A stretch of 64,000 nucleotides of DNA from Spongospora subterranea f. sp. subterranea. Lineage: Eukaryota. The notes below the pieces were generated by a model, which had not been told where the DNA came from, made no database searches, and saw only the letters and a program-made list of their open reading frames with translations. A program made the translations under genes and the position numbers. The DNA lies in assembly GCA_049724395.1 (NCBI GenBank), contig JAUGWO010000090.1, positions 1-64,000 of the forward strand, in the 5' to 3' direction. This document shows, piece after piece, positions 1 to 13,273 of this stretch (positions are counted from its first letter, which is position 1; every line of letters starts with the position of its first letter).

Positions 1-221
1 CGAGTATCCCAGTCATGTTGTAATGCCCTATGGCCATACATTGTCAGTCGAGTATCCCAGTCATGTTGTAATGCCCTATTGCCATACATTGTCAGTCGAG
101 TATCCCAGTCATGTTGTAATGCCCTATTGCCATACATTGTGAGTGAGTATCCCAGTCATGTTGTAATGCCCTATGGCCATACATTGTCAGTCGAGTATCC
201 CAGTCATGTTGTAATGCCCTA
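1..221. repeat. 48-bp tandem repeat, ~4.6 copies visible (runs off window start)
   Basis: Unit cgagtatcccagtcatgttgtaatgccctat(g/t)gccatacattgtcagt recurs at 1, 49, 97, ~145 and ~192. Confidence 0.95.
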
Positions 222-492
222 ATCGTGGCAGTGGAAGCGGGTCGGGGAGGTGACGGAGTGCTGGTGGCAGCCGGGCACCATACCTTTTCAACAACTCGGT
301 CATAAACTGTTTCATCTGGAACTCCACATGCTGAATATAGACTTAGAAACGGTCTAATTCATCCCGAAGCCCAGAGATCTTACGCTTGTAACAAAGAATA
401 GGGTTCCGTTTCTCCTTTCGCAACTTCTCAACCAAAGCGTGAACAGCTAAAGCGTCATCTTTGTTGATCCCCTTGATGTTCACTCATCAAAA

Positions 493-536
493 TTATAGAC
501 TTGCCGAGCCTATTTATAGACTTGCCGAGCCTATTT
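493..536. repeat. 21-bp perfect tandem duplication
   Basis: ttatagacttgccgagcctat x2. Confidence 0.85.
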
Positions 537-2068
537 CTGGTTAGATCCTCAACTTCACGATTGACGCAAGTATGAAAATCAATCATTTCAACACTAACAT
601 GTCCAGTCGATTTGATCAATAGGAAAATGGCAGGATTAATTAAATACTTACAACGCAAGTGAGTCATAAATCCTTGGCGTCAATTAGGGAAAGACCGTTG
701 ACTTGCGTAGATGAATCAGAAGATCGAATGATTCGTTCTTTTCTGGAGGGAATGTGTCGTTTTGCCTCACGAGAAAGACAGCAAACAAACGATAGCTTTA
801 AAGTCCTCGTACTGTATCTTTAGTGTCACTCACACTAATCATCCTCAACTACGGTAGGTACTGTAGTAATACCTGTAAGGTATTATAGCAGAAAATCGGA
901 GGTTGAAAAACAATTTCACTTACACTAAATACGGTAAACGGTGTAGTTTGAATGGTTCGGCTGTTATAGGTATTGTTTTCTCGGGCAATCTGGTGCTCAA
1001 TGTCCTGCTTCTTTAGGTGACGCATATCGGTGGTTAGTTTTTCTTGTTGCATTCGCTGGCTTTGTGTTCTTGCTCCACTTGGGAGTTGCAGGAATGCTTT
1101 AAATAGTGTGCAGTATTTTTATCGCTGCGGTTGGTCAAATAAATGGGGAGAGGGCAACGTAAGCTACAAGTTAGATACTCCCTCCGTTCAATCTGTGGCC
1201 AAACACAAATCAAGAATGGATCTACCCCCTTCATATACATCCTGCATCCTTCTTCGCTGTAATGGTTCAGTGAAAGGGTATTAGTCGAAGAATCCATGAT
1301 CTACCAGAATACATTGGAAATCGCTCCTCTCAAATGGTGACAAACCTGATTGTCAATGTTGAGGAGAATGACCGGAGCAAAAAGCCAGATGAAATATTCA
1401 ATAAATGCGCTGGGAGTCAGCGATAATTCGTGTCCAAAGTCGCGTCATTGGCAGTATTAACGGCCGGCCTTTTTAACCCTGGGCATAGCTCAATACCGAC
1501 TTGAAAACGACTTGACATCTCAAGTAAAATTGAGACCAGGCAATATGGACAACGTTCATCATGCATGAAAAACTGGATTTTTGACCCATGATTTCATCAA
1601 CCACCTTCAGATACCGAAAGCGGATCCGGAAAAATAAATTCAACATCTATACAGAATTGAACACAATCACCAGGTTTTTCTTTCCTTTTCTATTGATGTT
1701 GTCTTCTCCAGAATCACGAAAGAAATCGTCAAAGTCAATCCAACAGCATTCACCATATAATCAGAGTAAATATTACACAAAACGCAGGAAGCCCTATTCA
1801 ATTCTGCCTTTGCCGGATGTGAGCAATGCCAATGCCTAAGAAGCCGACGGTCAAAACGGACGGTGTTTCAAGAGTGAGACTGCGGAGTATCCAATAGGCG
1901 GGACTGTCAAAATCAATCCAACAGTTATGAGAGCCCTAATACTAAGATGAACGGAGGGACGGACAATGTAACGGATCAGGTCATGGACTATGGAATATCC
2001 CCTTTTACGGCATTGGTCACGTTATCATTGTCCTTCATTTGTCATTCTTTGTTTTACTGATTGTGCCG

Positions 2069-5000
2069 ATGGTATTGAATCCGATAATATTGATTTTTGG
2101 TGCCGTATTCCTCTTTCAACCACTGAATGGGTTCAAACCTGCCCTTAATGAGGCGATTGAAAAAGGGTCGCTATAGTCTATTAATGTTGGCCAATACTGT
2201 ACTAAATGACTAATCGGATTATTTAGAGATGAAATCGCTGAGCACTTGGCCACGATATTTGACCCGAGTACAGCTCCTCCCTATCACGTTGAACGTGGTA
2301 TTGGTCGGAATCAGTATTGGGAAAGACAAACCGCAAGTACAAGATCACCGTTCTTGATTTAGCACTTCTCTACTGCCGGTAATATCGACTTGACAATGGA
2401 TTCTATTTCCCCCTTGATGTTATTACAATAGAGGAAATGTCGCCACTATTCTGATAGATAGAGGGGCCGACATATTCACACAGGATCAATTCGGGAATAC
2501 TCCATTGCACATCGCCGCTGCTCAGGGCGTGTAATATATTTCATATGATATGTTCATTACCCCTTATCTGACATCTTAATAGAGATATCGCCGTCATCAA
2601 GCTCTTGAAGGAAATCAAAAAGACAAAACCACAAGCTCTTAACCTCCACAACAACGCTGGTTATACTCCACTCCATTTTGCAGTGAAATGTAATCGGTTG
2701 GTCGTAGAGAGTGTTTAAGGGTGATCTGCTGACAATATTTACTACTGATTGTTCAGGGGAGAGGTGATTAAGACTCTGTTGAATGGAGGAGCCAATCCCA
2801 TTATCGTTGATAATATGGCAATACAGCACTGCACATGCTCGCAATCGAGCGAAACCTGTAGACTGCCAATAATCTGTGGAAATTAAAACTCATCTGATTG
2901 AGATCTCACAGAAGTGAAGAGATCATTAATGATATAATTAAAGCGTTGAGGGCAAAGGCTGTCGATATTCTGGGCCATAATGAGATGACGAATCCCTTCT
3001 TTTGTTCCAGTGGAACAATGGATCATGATGGCCTGTATATTCTTAATAGGTGTGTTGAGATCATTCGAAATCGCTGATCTGATCTCACAGGGACCGAAAT
3101 GCCATCGGTGAAGCGACCGTCAGAAATATTGAACCTCAGGAACAATGAGGGGCGCACTGCTCTCTTACATGCAGTTTATAATCGTCGGTTGGTCAATTTA
3201 CTGTCTGGACTCTGGTTAGCGCCTTCAATAATCAGTTTCAGTGAGGAGATCTCCCGAATTCTGTTGAAGCTCGGTGCCGATCCCACAATCAACAGATATT
3301 GATGGCAATACAGCACTGCACCTGGCGATAAGAACGCGATCTGTAGACTGCTATAATATGTGGATATTTGCAACTCATCTGATTGAGATCTCACAGAAGT
3401 GGAGAGATCATTAATGATATAATCAAAGCATCGAGGGCAAAGGCTGTCGATATTCTGGGCAAAAATGAGATGACGAATCCCTCTGGGTGTTCAACTGGAA
3501 CAATGGATCATGATGGCCTGTATAATCTCAATAGGTTTGTTGAAAATAATTGAAGTCGCTGATCTGATCTCACAGGGACCGAAATGCCATCGGTGAAGCG
3601 ACGTCAGAAATAATGAACCTCAGGAACAATAGGGGGCACACTGCTCTATTACATGCAGTTTATAATCGTCGGTTGGTCAATTTACTGTCTGGATCTGGTT
3701 AGCGCCTTCAATAATCAGTTTCAGTGAGGATATCTCCCGAATTTTGTTGAAGCTCGGTGCCGATCCCACATCAACAGATATTGATGGCAATACAGCACTG
3801 CAACTGGGCGATAGAACAGCGACTGTAAACTGATATAATATGTGGAAATTGAAACTCATCTGAATGAGATCTCACAGAAGTGGAGAGATCATTAATGATT
3901 TAATTACAGCGTCTAGGGCAAAGGCTGTCGATATTCTGGGCCATATTGAGATGACGAATCCCTCTGGGTGTTCCGTTGGAACAATGGATCATGATGGCCT
4001 GTATATTCTTATTGTTAATAGGTTTGTTGAAATCATTGTAGTCGCTGATATGATCTCACAGGGACCGGAATGCCATTGGTGAAGCGACGTCAGAAATATT
4101 GAACCTCAGGAACAATGAGGGGCGCACTCCTCTCTTACATGCAGTTTATCATTGGTTGGTCAATTTATTGTCTGGGTCTAGGTAGCGCCTAATAATCAGC
4201 TTTAGTGAGGATATTTCCCGAATTCTGTTGAAGCACGATGCCGATCCCACAATGATCGATAATGAAGGCAATACAGCACTGCACCTGGCAATAGAAATGC
4301 GACGGTAGATTGCTATAATATGTGGATATTGGAACTCATCTGATTGAGATCTCACAGAAGTGAAGAGATCATTATTGATATACTTAAAGCGTCGAGGTCA
4401 AAGTCTGTCGATATTCTAGGCCATAATGAGATGACGAATCCTTCTGGGTGTTCCAGTGAAAGAATGGATCATCATGGCCTGTATAATTTGATAGGTGGGT
4501 TGAAATAATTGAAGTCGTTGACCTGATCTCAAAGGGACCGAAATGCCATCGGTGAAGCGACGTCAGAAATATTGACCCTCAGGAACAAAAAAGGGCACAC
4601 TGCTCTCTCACTTGCAGTTTATCATTGTCGGTTGGTCAATTTACTGTCTGGGTCTGGTTAGTCCCTTCAATAATCAGTTTCAGTGAGGATATCTACCGAA
4701 TTCTGTTGAAGCTCGGTGCCGATCCCACAGTATCCGATATTGATGGCAATACAGCACTGCACCTGGCGATGGAACGAGAGTAGACTGCAATAATGTTTGC
4801 AAATTGCAACTCATCTGATTGAGATTTCACAGAGATGAAGATATCATTATTGATATAATCAAAGCTGTGAGGGCAAAGGCTGTCTATGATCTGGGCCTTA
4901 GTGAGATGGCAGATCCCTCTGGGTGTTCGAGTGGAACAATGGATGGCCTGTATTTTCTTAATAAGATGTGTTGAAATCATTAAAAGTCGCTGATCTGATC

Positions 5001-7362
5001 TCACAGGGACCAAACTGCCATCGATGCTGCGACCTCTGTACTATTGAACCACAGGAACCATGAGGGTCAAACTGCTTTCTGGACTGCAGTTCATTTTAGT
5101 CGGTTGGTCAAATTTACTGTCTTTCTCTAATCACCCACATCAATGATGGTGTCTGCGTATCTCCAGTGGTTATATCGCCAACATTCTTTTCATTAATGGT
5201 GCCGATCCCACTATATCGGATAACTATGGGGACTCACCATTGCACCATTAGGTTGCCACCTGACATGTATGTCGCCCAAATCTCACACATTATTCAAATA
5301 TTTACTGATGTGCTCACAGGACAGACGAAATGATCATTTCGATGATAGCAAATATTGGTGTCAATCACGTGAACAGTGCATGGAAACACTCTTCTCCATT
5401 CTGCAATATTCAAACAAACGGTTTGCTCGTAATCAGTGTTGGATATTGATCAGCGCCTCAATAAACTGATAATTTAGGGAAGTTTTGGTCAAATATCTGT
5501 TGAAGAGAGGCGCCGATCCTATCATATCCTGATCGTGGTGGGAATTCAGCACTTCATCTGGCAATACAGGGCCGACTGTAATATGAACATTTCGAATTGT
5601 TGACTATCAAAATAGCGTATTAATATCTTTACAGAAATGAGCAGATCATCATTGATATAATTAAAGCGGCGATTCCAAAACCAATCCACCTTGTGTTCCA
5701 AAAAACGATGACCAGACGATTCTTATCGCGTTTTATTCAACGATTGCGTCCTCGCCTGTATTATTGCTCATATATCGGTCTGACACATTGAAGCCCTGAT
5801 TTCATCTCACAGACAGCCCAGATGATCATCACTACAATATTGGCTCCCTTATGCGACCCTATAATGCAATTTGAGGAACCTTTATGGCCAAACTGCTTTC
5901 TTTTTCGCTGTTGATCCTTGAATTCGGTTGGTCAAATCCTCTGTCTGGCTCTAATCAGCGAGTTCCGATACTAAGGTCTCGTAGCCCCAGTGTTGATATG
6001 GCCCAGATTCTGCTAGAGAACGGGGCCGATCCCACAATAGCGGCTGATTCTAGACATGCACCAATGCACAAACCATTGCACACTCTTCTAGATAAACTGT
6101 GAGTTCAACAGATCTCACCAAACACACCAACCTTTACTGATGTTATCACAGAACATCCGATTCTATTCTGTCAATGATACAAAATATTGATGTCAACCAC
6201 CGGTACAATGATGGGTCCACTCTTTTCCAAAGTGCTATTAAGTGTCGTCGGTTGGTCAATTGATATAGTGTGGACACTGATCGGCCTTTCAATAATACTG
6301 ATTGGTTAGGGAAAAAGTGGTTATGAAATTGCTGAAGAGAGGCGCCAATCCCATTATTGCTGATTCTAATGGCAATACCGCACTGCACCTGGCGATAGAG
6401 CATAATCTGTACACACCTTTAATCTTGTTATTTTTACCAAAAATCTCATTTTAAATCTCATAGAAGTGGAGAGACCATTATATCTATACTTGAGGCGGCA
6501 ACGCCAAGTACGGCCGATATTCTGTATCCAGATGGGATGATGGATCCCTCACTGTGTTCAAGTGGAGAGTTAGTTCATGATCGGCTGTACATTGTTGATG
6601 GGTGTCGGGATCATTGAAGTCGCTGATCTGATCTCACAGGGATCGAGATGTCATCCGTCAGGCAACGTCAAAAATAATCAATTTGAGAAATCAAAACTGG
6701 CAAACTGCTCTGTTTCTGGCATTTACCCGTGCACGGTTGGTAGAAATTACAGTCTGGTTCTGATCACATCTTCAATAATGAGTTTTTGTATTTCCAGTTT
6801 TGATATTGTCCAACTACTTGTGGAGAGAGGTGCCGATCCCAATATAGCAGATATTAATGGGAACACACCCTTGCACACCGATATGCCAACTGAATTGTAT
6901 ATCGCAGAAATACCATCATATATTGAAATACCTAATGATGTGCCAACAGGACAGACGAATTCATCATATCAATGATTGAAAATATCGATGTGAACGAAGC
7001 TGGCAAAGATGGGGCAACACTTCTTCATAGGGCTATTGAGTGTCGTCGGTTGGACCTAATTCATATTTGGCCCTGATCAGCCCCTCAATCAAACTGATGT
7101 TATAGGGAAGTTGTTGTGAAATATCTGTTGAAAAGAGGCGCCAATCCCCTTATTCCTGATCTTACTGGGAAAACAGCACTGAACCTGGCGATATATCATA
7201 ACCTGTAGACTGCTATACTGTGTATATAGTCAAACAATCTAATTGAGGTCTCACAGAAGTAAAGAGATCATCGATATAATCAAGGCGGCGACGTTCCTTC
7301 GTGTTGAACAGGAGGAACTATGTGAGACATTGGGTGGATCCTTGATCCCTTTAAAAGGATGA
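2069..7362 (+). pseudogene. Multi-exon ankyrin-repeat protein with putative signal peptide; several frameshifts (pseudogene or assembly indels)
   Basis: ATG 2069 gives MVLNPIILIFGAVFLFQPLNG (hydrophobic leader). Many exons encode ankyrin motifs (ILLKLGADPTxxDIDGNTALHLA, LLVERGADPNIADINGNTPLH, YLLKRGANPLIPDLTGKTALNLA). GT-AG introns ~55 nt; last exon ends TGA 7360-7362; 1-nt indels e.g. near 3116 and 3290. Confidence 0.8.
2700..5110 (+). repeat. ~480-bp tandem module (~5 copies), each with 3 exons and 3 introns of the ankyrin gene
   Basis: gatctcacagaagt-like anchor at ~2901, 3386, 3868, 4348 and 4822; introns are duplicated along with exons. Confidence 0.9.
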
Positions 7363-7508
7363 AAACCATTCCTCCAACGCAGCAAAGAACGTTGAACTAT
7401 TGCACAGCTAAAAGTGATGAACCAGTTGTGTCAAATAACTGCTGTTTATATGACTGCATGTCAGACAGACCACATGTGGTTTAGGTCGAACCCCATTCTA
7501 ACTGGTTA

Positions 7509-8729
7509 AAGTGATAGTGAATTATGGAAGTGATAGTGAATTATGGAAGTGATAGTGAATTAGGGAAGTGATAGTGAATTATGGAAGTGATTGGAATGGA
7601 AGTGATAGTGAATTATGGAAGTGATAGTGAATTATGGAAGTGATTGAATAGTGAATTATGGAAGTGATAGTGAATTATGGAAGTGATAGTGAATTATGGA
7701 AGTGATAGTGAATTATGGAAGTGATAGTGAATTATGGAAGTGATAGTGAATTATGGAAGTGATAGTGAATTATGGAAGTGATAGTGAATTATGGAAATTG
7801 AATGGAAGTGATAGTGAATTATGGAAGTGATAGGAATTATGGAAGTGATAGTGAATTATGGAAGTGATAGTGAATTATGGAAGTGATAGTGAATTATGGA
7901 AGTGATAGTGAATTATGGAAGTGATAGTGAATTATGGAAGTAATAGTGAATTATGGAAGAAGTGATAGTGAATTATGGAAGTGATAGTGAATTATGGAAG
8001 TGATAGTGAATTATGGAAGTGATAGTGAATTATGGAAGTGATAGTGAATTATGGAAGTGATAGTGAATTATGGAAGTGATAGTGAATTATGGAAGTGATA
8101 GTGAATTATGGAAGTGATAGTGAATTATGGAAGTGATAGTGAATTATGGAAGTGATAGTGAATTATGGAAGTGATAGTGAATTATGGAAGTGATAGTGAA
8201 TTATGGAAGTGATAGTGAATTAGGGAAGTGATAGTGAATTAGGGAAGTGATAGTGAATTATGGAAGTGATAGTGAATTAGGGAAGTGATAGTGAATTATG
8301 GAAGTGATAGTGAATTATGGAAGTGATAGTGAATTATGGAAGTGATAGTGAATTATGGAAGTGATAGTGAATTATGGAAGTAATAGTGAATTATGGAAGT
8401 GAATGGAAGTGATAGGAAGTGATAGTGAATTATGGAAGTGATAGTGAATTATGGAAGTGATAGTGAATTATGGAAGTGATAGTGAATTATGGAAGTGATA
8501 GTGAATTATGGAAGTGATAGTGAATTATGGAAGTAATAGTGAATTATGGAAGTGATAGTGAATTATGGAAGTGATAGTGAATTATGGAAGTGATAGTGAA
8601 TTATGGAAGTGATAGTGAATTATGGAAGTGATAGTGAATTATGGAAGTGATAGTGAATTATGGAAGTGATAGTGAATTATGGAAGTGATAGTGAATTATG
8701 GAAGTGATAGTGAATTATGGAAGTGATAG
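7509..8729. repeat. 19-bp minisatellite (aagtgatagtgaattatgg)n, ~64 copies
   Basis: Near-perfect array with occasional attaggg and aagtaat variants and short deletions. Confidence 0.98.
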
Positions 8730-8780
8730 ATGGCGGAAGTCTTGAACGTCTGCAGTTGCTGAATGCCGAACAGGGCTCCA

Positions 8781-8928
8781 TAGACGTCTGTCGGTCTCGG
8801 GACCTGGAGCGTCGTGTCGGGGCGCGAGCGTCCCGGGAACCCATCCCCCGAAACCGCACAAGGTACCACCGGACAGGTAAGCGTCGTGGCTACACGACGC
8901 TCCAGGTCCCGAGACCGACAGACGTCTA
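8781..8928. repeat. 37-bp perfect inverted repeat with 74-bp spacer (MITE-like or hairpin)
   Basis: 8781-8817 tagacgtctgtcggtctcgggacctggagcgtcgtgt is the exact reverse complement of 8892-8928. Confidence 0.9.
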
Positions 8929-9047
8929 CGGACGTCGCTACCTTGACAAACACCCAAATCTCGTGCAGATGCCGCCCAAGGCTCATTTTATGAAATGTGA
9001 ACGCTGGAATCAGCTTTGATCATCGTAATAAAGCACAGAAGAACCTT

Positions 9048-9840
9048 TTAACCCCAATTCGGTCTATCGGGATATCGGCGATGGAATTGACTGATTGCTT
9101 GACGAAGAGCTGGAGAATTATCGGCTAGGCCTCGCGCTGGTTCCCATGACCGCTCTGACGGTGGATAGCCTTCCCAGTCGATCAAATACTGAAGTTGGTT
9201 CCTATAGATTCTCGAATCCAATACGTTCCGGACGACAAACAGTGGCTGCGAGGATTCTTCTGGGAGGAATACGGGTTCTGGTGGACAGACCTGTCTCGTT
9301 TCGTGATGTCGTTCGCGTGGTGTGGTTCAAGCTGGGACACATGGAAAGTGTTATGAACCCGCCAGGTTGTTGGTAGCTTCACCGAGTATGTCACCTCGTT
9401 ATGATTTCTATGATTGGGAAAGGCCCTGCGAATCGATCTTCGAGTTTTGGGCATGGTCGTGTTGTATTCCAATCGGTTCTCTTCACCATAACCAACTCGC
9501 CAAGTGAATATGCGGGAACATCGGATCGTTTTTTGTCGGCGTATTTTTTCATCGATTTCACGGCCTGTTCGAGTTGACGTCGTAAAAATAAACGAATGCC
9601 CCGAAGGTGATTCGCCCTTTCGTCAGCAGAGGGATTAAGCTGTGATCGGCAGAATGACGGAACATCGATTGTGCGGGGATGGAACCCATAATTAGCGAAG
9701 AACGGGGAGACTTGAGTCGATGAATGCTCTGTGTTGTTGTACTAAAATTCTGCTAGCGCCAGCCAATCTTCCCAGTCATCTTGCTGATAGGAGGTGAACG
9801 TCCTCAAATACTGCTCTACCACCTGATTGACCCGTTCTGC
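9048..9840 (-). mobile_element. Ty3/gypsy (chromovirus) integrase C-terminus plus chromodomain, 5'-truncated and degenerate
   Basis: Minus strand reads [53 protein letters not shown], then GPY/F motif KLEDRFAGPFPI...[11 protein letters not shown], then chromodomain [32 protein letters not shown]; in-frame stop and frameshifts. Confidence 0.92.
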
Positions 9841-10084
9841 GTGACATCAGAGCCTCTCGATAAATGACAATTTCTTCTTCCAGTAAATGAAATCATGTTT
9901 GGTCAAACTCTCTTTTCTGTAGAAGTTGTCTAAAGTCAGTAATAGCTGTGTTACGTTTTTGTTGTAATTGGGCTATCTTCTGAAGCGAATAGAGAACTTA
10001 ACTTCCTCATCGAAACAGAAAAGAAATCTCTTGATTCAAAGATAGCCCAATTACAACAAAAACGTATCACAGCTATAGACAATT

Positions 10085-10128
10085 TCTGGTCTCGATCCTT
10101 AAAGCTTCTGGTCTCGATCCTTAAAGCT
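10085..10128. repeat. 22-bp tandem duplication
   Basis: tctggtctcgatccttaaagct x2. Confidence 0.85.
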
Positions 10129-10535
10129 CTGGCAGTGCGCCGTGGCGTAAGTACTTTGACATCCTGTTTGCGATGAAAAGTGGGCGCCGGGCCCAGTGCA
10201 CTCTGGTCACGGTCAGTGTGGTGTCGCCCGGCCCCTCCCACGTTATCAAGGCGGGTCGCGCATGTTTCACCCCACACGTCATTGCATACGGTATAGTGTA
10301 TCTATCGCCATGTATGGGGTTCTGTTGGAGCATAGACATCATTAGAGGCCGTATTGGTTTGTTGAGCACCTGACGGGTCGCAATCAGTGATCAAAATTAT
10401 TGGATCATTCTGGCCGCCGACACCCATAACCGTACAACCCCCTCTCATATCACACCTGGCGATAATCTGGGAACAACCTCTCCTAGCACCGGATGTGTGT
10501 TGTTTGACCGACTCTCGCCATCAACGGCCTCGCTA

Positions 10536-12216
10536 ATGCTGGACCCGTTTTCCTCTGGACCGTCAACGGGAGGCAATCCAGTGTCCGATGAGGGAGATAA
10601 CGATGCAGTTTTGGATCCGATTGTCACGGAAGCGATCACAAACGAGAGGGACAGAACGATGATATTACAGTTCGAAAGTCGTATTGAAGCGTTTATTGAA
10701 GATAAATCGTTAGCAACGACATTTTTGTTTTCTAGATCACCTGGAATAACGCTGATGATTTTGTTTAGCCGAGTACGTTTGTCGTTTCCTCCAATGTCAT
10801 CATATCATCGCCTAATTCTACACAAAATTGCTGAATATTACCGAATTGATCATCCGTCCCAGCTGCTTCCAGATGGAAAACGCCAAATTGTACTTCTCAA
10901 GCAGATTTATTCCAGAGTGTAAATCAACAGGATTTTTTTCTAGTTTTCAATTTGTCAGTTCTGATGCCCGTTTGGTTAGACCCCAGGTGCGAATATGCGA
11001 TATGGAGTCTGGCGTTAGCCCGACGGCTCAACTAGCACCTTCGGCTGCCATACCTCCCGCTCCTGCGCGTCAAATGCGAATAATGAGAAGGTCTGATGTA
11101 GTTAGGCCTCCTTCCGCCTCGAACCAGCCTACTCCGAATGATACCGATCAGTCACTTCAGGTATTTGATCCCCATATCTGTTGGTTTGCGTCAAAGATAG
11201 TTTTAATTTTTCTACGTAGTCACGGGAAGAAGCCTACGCAAAAGCCAGAGCCAAGTTGTTTGAGTTTGAAGATCCGGAAGAATGCAACTCCTCACAAGCC
11301 CTTGAAGAAGCTCAGTATAACATGGATAATCGAAGGTGGGACATTGAGCCGCATGAGCAAGACCTTTATAGAAGAAATGTTGGTAACATCTTTTTGTCTG
11401 CGAATCACCATGTTATTGACTATCGTGATAGGTTGGAGTCTACGATCGGTCCACCAATGTTCCACCGTCCGTATATTATACGCCTCCTTCGTTGTCCAAC
11501 GGTAATCCTGATGTTTGTGATTGTTCAAATAATTTCGTACGCATGTGAATCGTCGATCAGGCTCATCGCAATGGGATGCGCATAGACCCGCATCTTACTC
11601 GTCATCTAATCCGCAGTTTTGGAATCCTCCCATGCATCCTATGGCGCATGCTGTGCACATCTCTGGTCAAGGTTTTTGTTTGTTTAAATGCAGTGTCTAA
11701 ATTTTTCATCAATTAGAGTATTCGCACCCTTCTCCCGCGACACATCCTCGACAATCGCTTCAGTCCTCATTAAGGCAATTTCCAAGTTCACTGCAGAATT
11801 TGTTTGTGAATGATTCGAAAGTTGACAACGACGTATGGGATTACCGTGAGCCACAGCGGGACCAGCAGCGAAACGGCATACAGGATTATTCATGTATTAC
11901 GTCGATATTGTGGTCTAATCAAACCCCCTATCTAAGTGAAATTTAGTCTGTACAAGCATGTTGGAAGTGTACGATCTGCCTCATGGTGCCAAAAATTACC
12001 AAATCGATGTGCTATTGGAAAATCTCAAACAAAGAAGATGCTCCTTGTCTTGGCTTCCTGATAATCGTATTATTGCTGTTTTCGAGTCCGCATCAGAAGC
12101 ATTGACGGCTTTACAGCAGGTTGGATCTATTTCATCGTTTATTGCAAACACTTCTGACACAAAATCAGATCAAAGATCCGAAGTATAAGCTTCGGCCTTT
12201 CTCTGGTGCAACATAG
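10536..12216 (+). CDS. R3H and SUZ domain RNA-binding protein with C-terminal RRM-like domain (multi-exon)
   Basis: R3H motif FPPMSSYHRLILHKIAEYY; SUZ motif QMRIMRR...REEAYAKARAKLF after splicing; C-terminal LEVYDLP...IIAVFESASEALTAL...YKLRPF; TAG 12214-12216. Confidence 0.82.
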
Positions 12217-12289
12217 AATATATTTTCCATATCAATCCACACAAGCTACTATTAAAAAAAATGTTTCAGTTTATATCAACTTTGTCATT

Positions 12290-12859
12290 TTACCGCATTT
12301 TTTCAAATACATCCTGGATAACATCAAGATCGATTGTCCCATTATTGTTATCAGCTTGTTCAACCATCATCTGAGCCTCGGCCAGCTGAAATTTCTCTCC
12401 GAACTTGTGCGACGTCTTGAGCAGGTCAATGGCGTCCACGTTCCCATCGTGATTCGCGTCCAGTTCTTCATACGCTCTCGTAATGCCGTGTTTAACATCA
12501 TCACAATCAAGCGGCCACGTCATTATTGCACAAAAATTCTGAACAGAATCGACTTGAGCGAGGAAGTCAACATATTAAGTCCCCAATCACCTCAAACGTT
12601 ATCCTGCCCTCGGAATTGCGTTGCTCTGCACTAGAAAGCGCGTTCTCCAGCTCCAAGGCGGTCAAGGGGCAGTCAAATTTTGAGGTTATCGTTTGTAGAT
12701 TCTGAAAGCTCATGCACTTGTCCAATGGATTGGCAATCTCATCGAAAATGGAGCGTAGTAGTGCCAGGGTTTCCTCTGTCAATAGTCGTTGGTTCTGAAA
12801 AACATGGCGGATTGGGTTCTCATGTGTATTCCGCTTTAATCAGCTGATGATCATACCAT
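12290..12859 (-). CDS. Divergent calmodulin/centrin-like EF-hand protein (3 exons)
   Basis: EF loops DANHDGNVDAIDL and DNNNGTIDLD; N-lobe LRSIFDE...EGRITFE; ATG directly followed by GTATGA donor. Confidence 0.75.
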
Positions 12860-13273
12860 GTTATGATTGGCGAACTCTTTTTCTCGTCAAATGGGCGACA
12901 ACAAGGCGGTGTATTATCTCACATCACAAAGAGCAGTTAATCGCTCGCCGGTCACAGCATATGCCACCAAAACTGCCGAGATCGATTCAGCATCTGTCGC
13001 CGCCGCATTACTCTACCTAGGAAGATATACAGCAGAGTCACCCAGAGCGAAAGCGATGGACCCGCCGTGCAAATTCACAAACCTGGACGGCGTGGGAATT
13101 CAGCGTTGGCAGGATGATTAGTATATCAGTTGAAAGGTTTGAAACGGGTCCTGGGCCCGGCCAAACACAAGTTAAATCCTGGTAATCACATAATCCAAGG
13201 ATGACTCAGTACTTAAAATAAAGTTGAACATGTGTTTATTCTGGGCAAAAAAAGGGACTCAACATCCAATCGA

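Noticed and set aside
7509..8729. 19-bp array as a CRISPR array or true telomere
   Set aside because: No unique spacers, eukaryotic context and no cas genes; TTAGGG appears only in a few variant units and the array is internal.
8677..9019. Overlapping short ORFs at the satellite edge
   Set aside because: By-products of the satellite and the GC-rich inverted repeat; no protein motifs.
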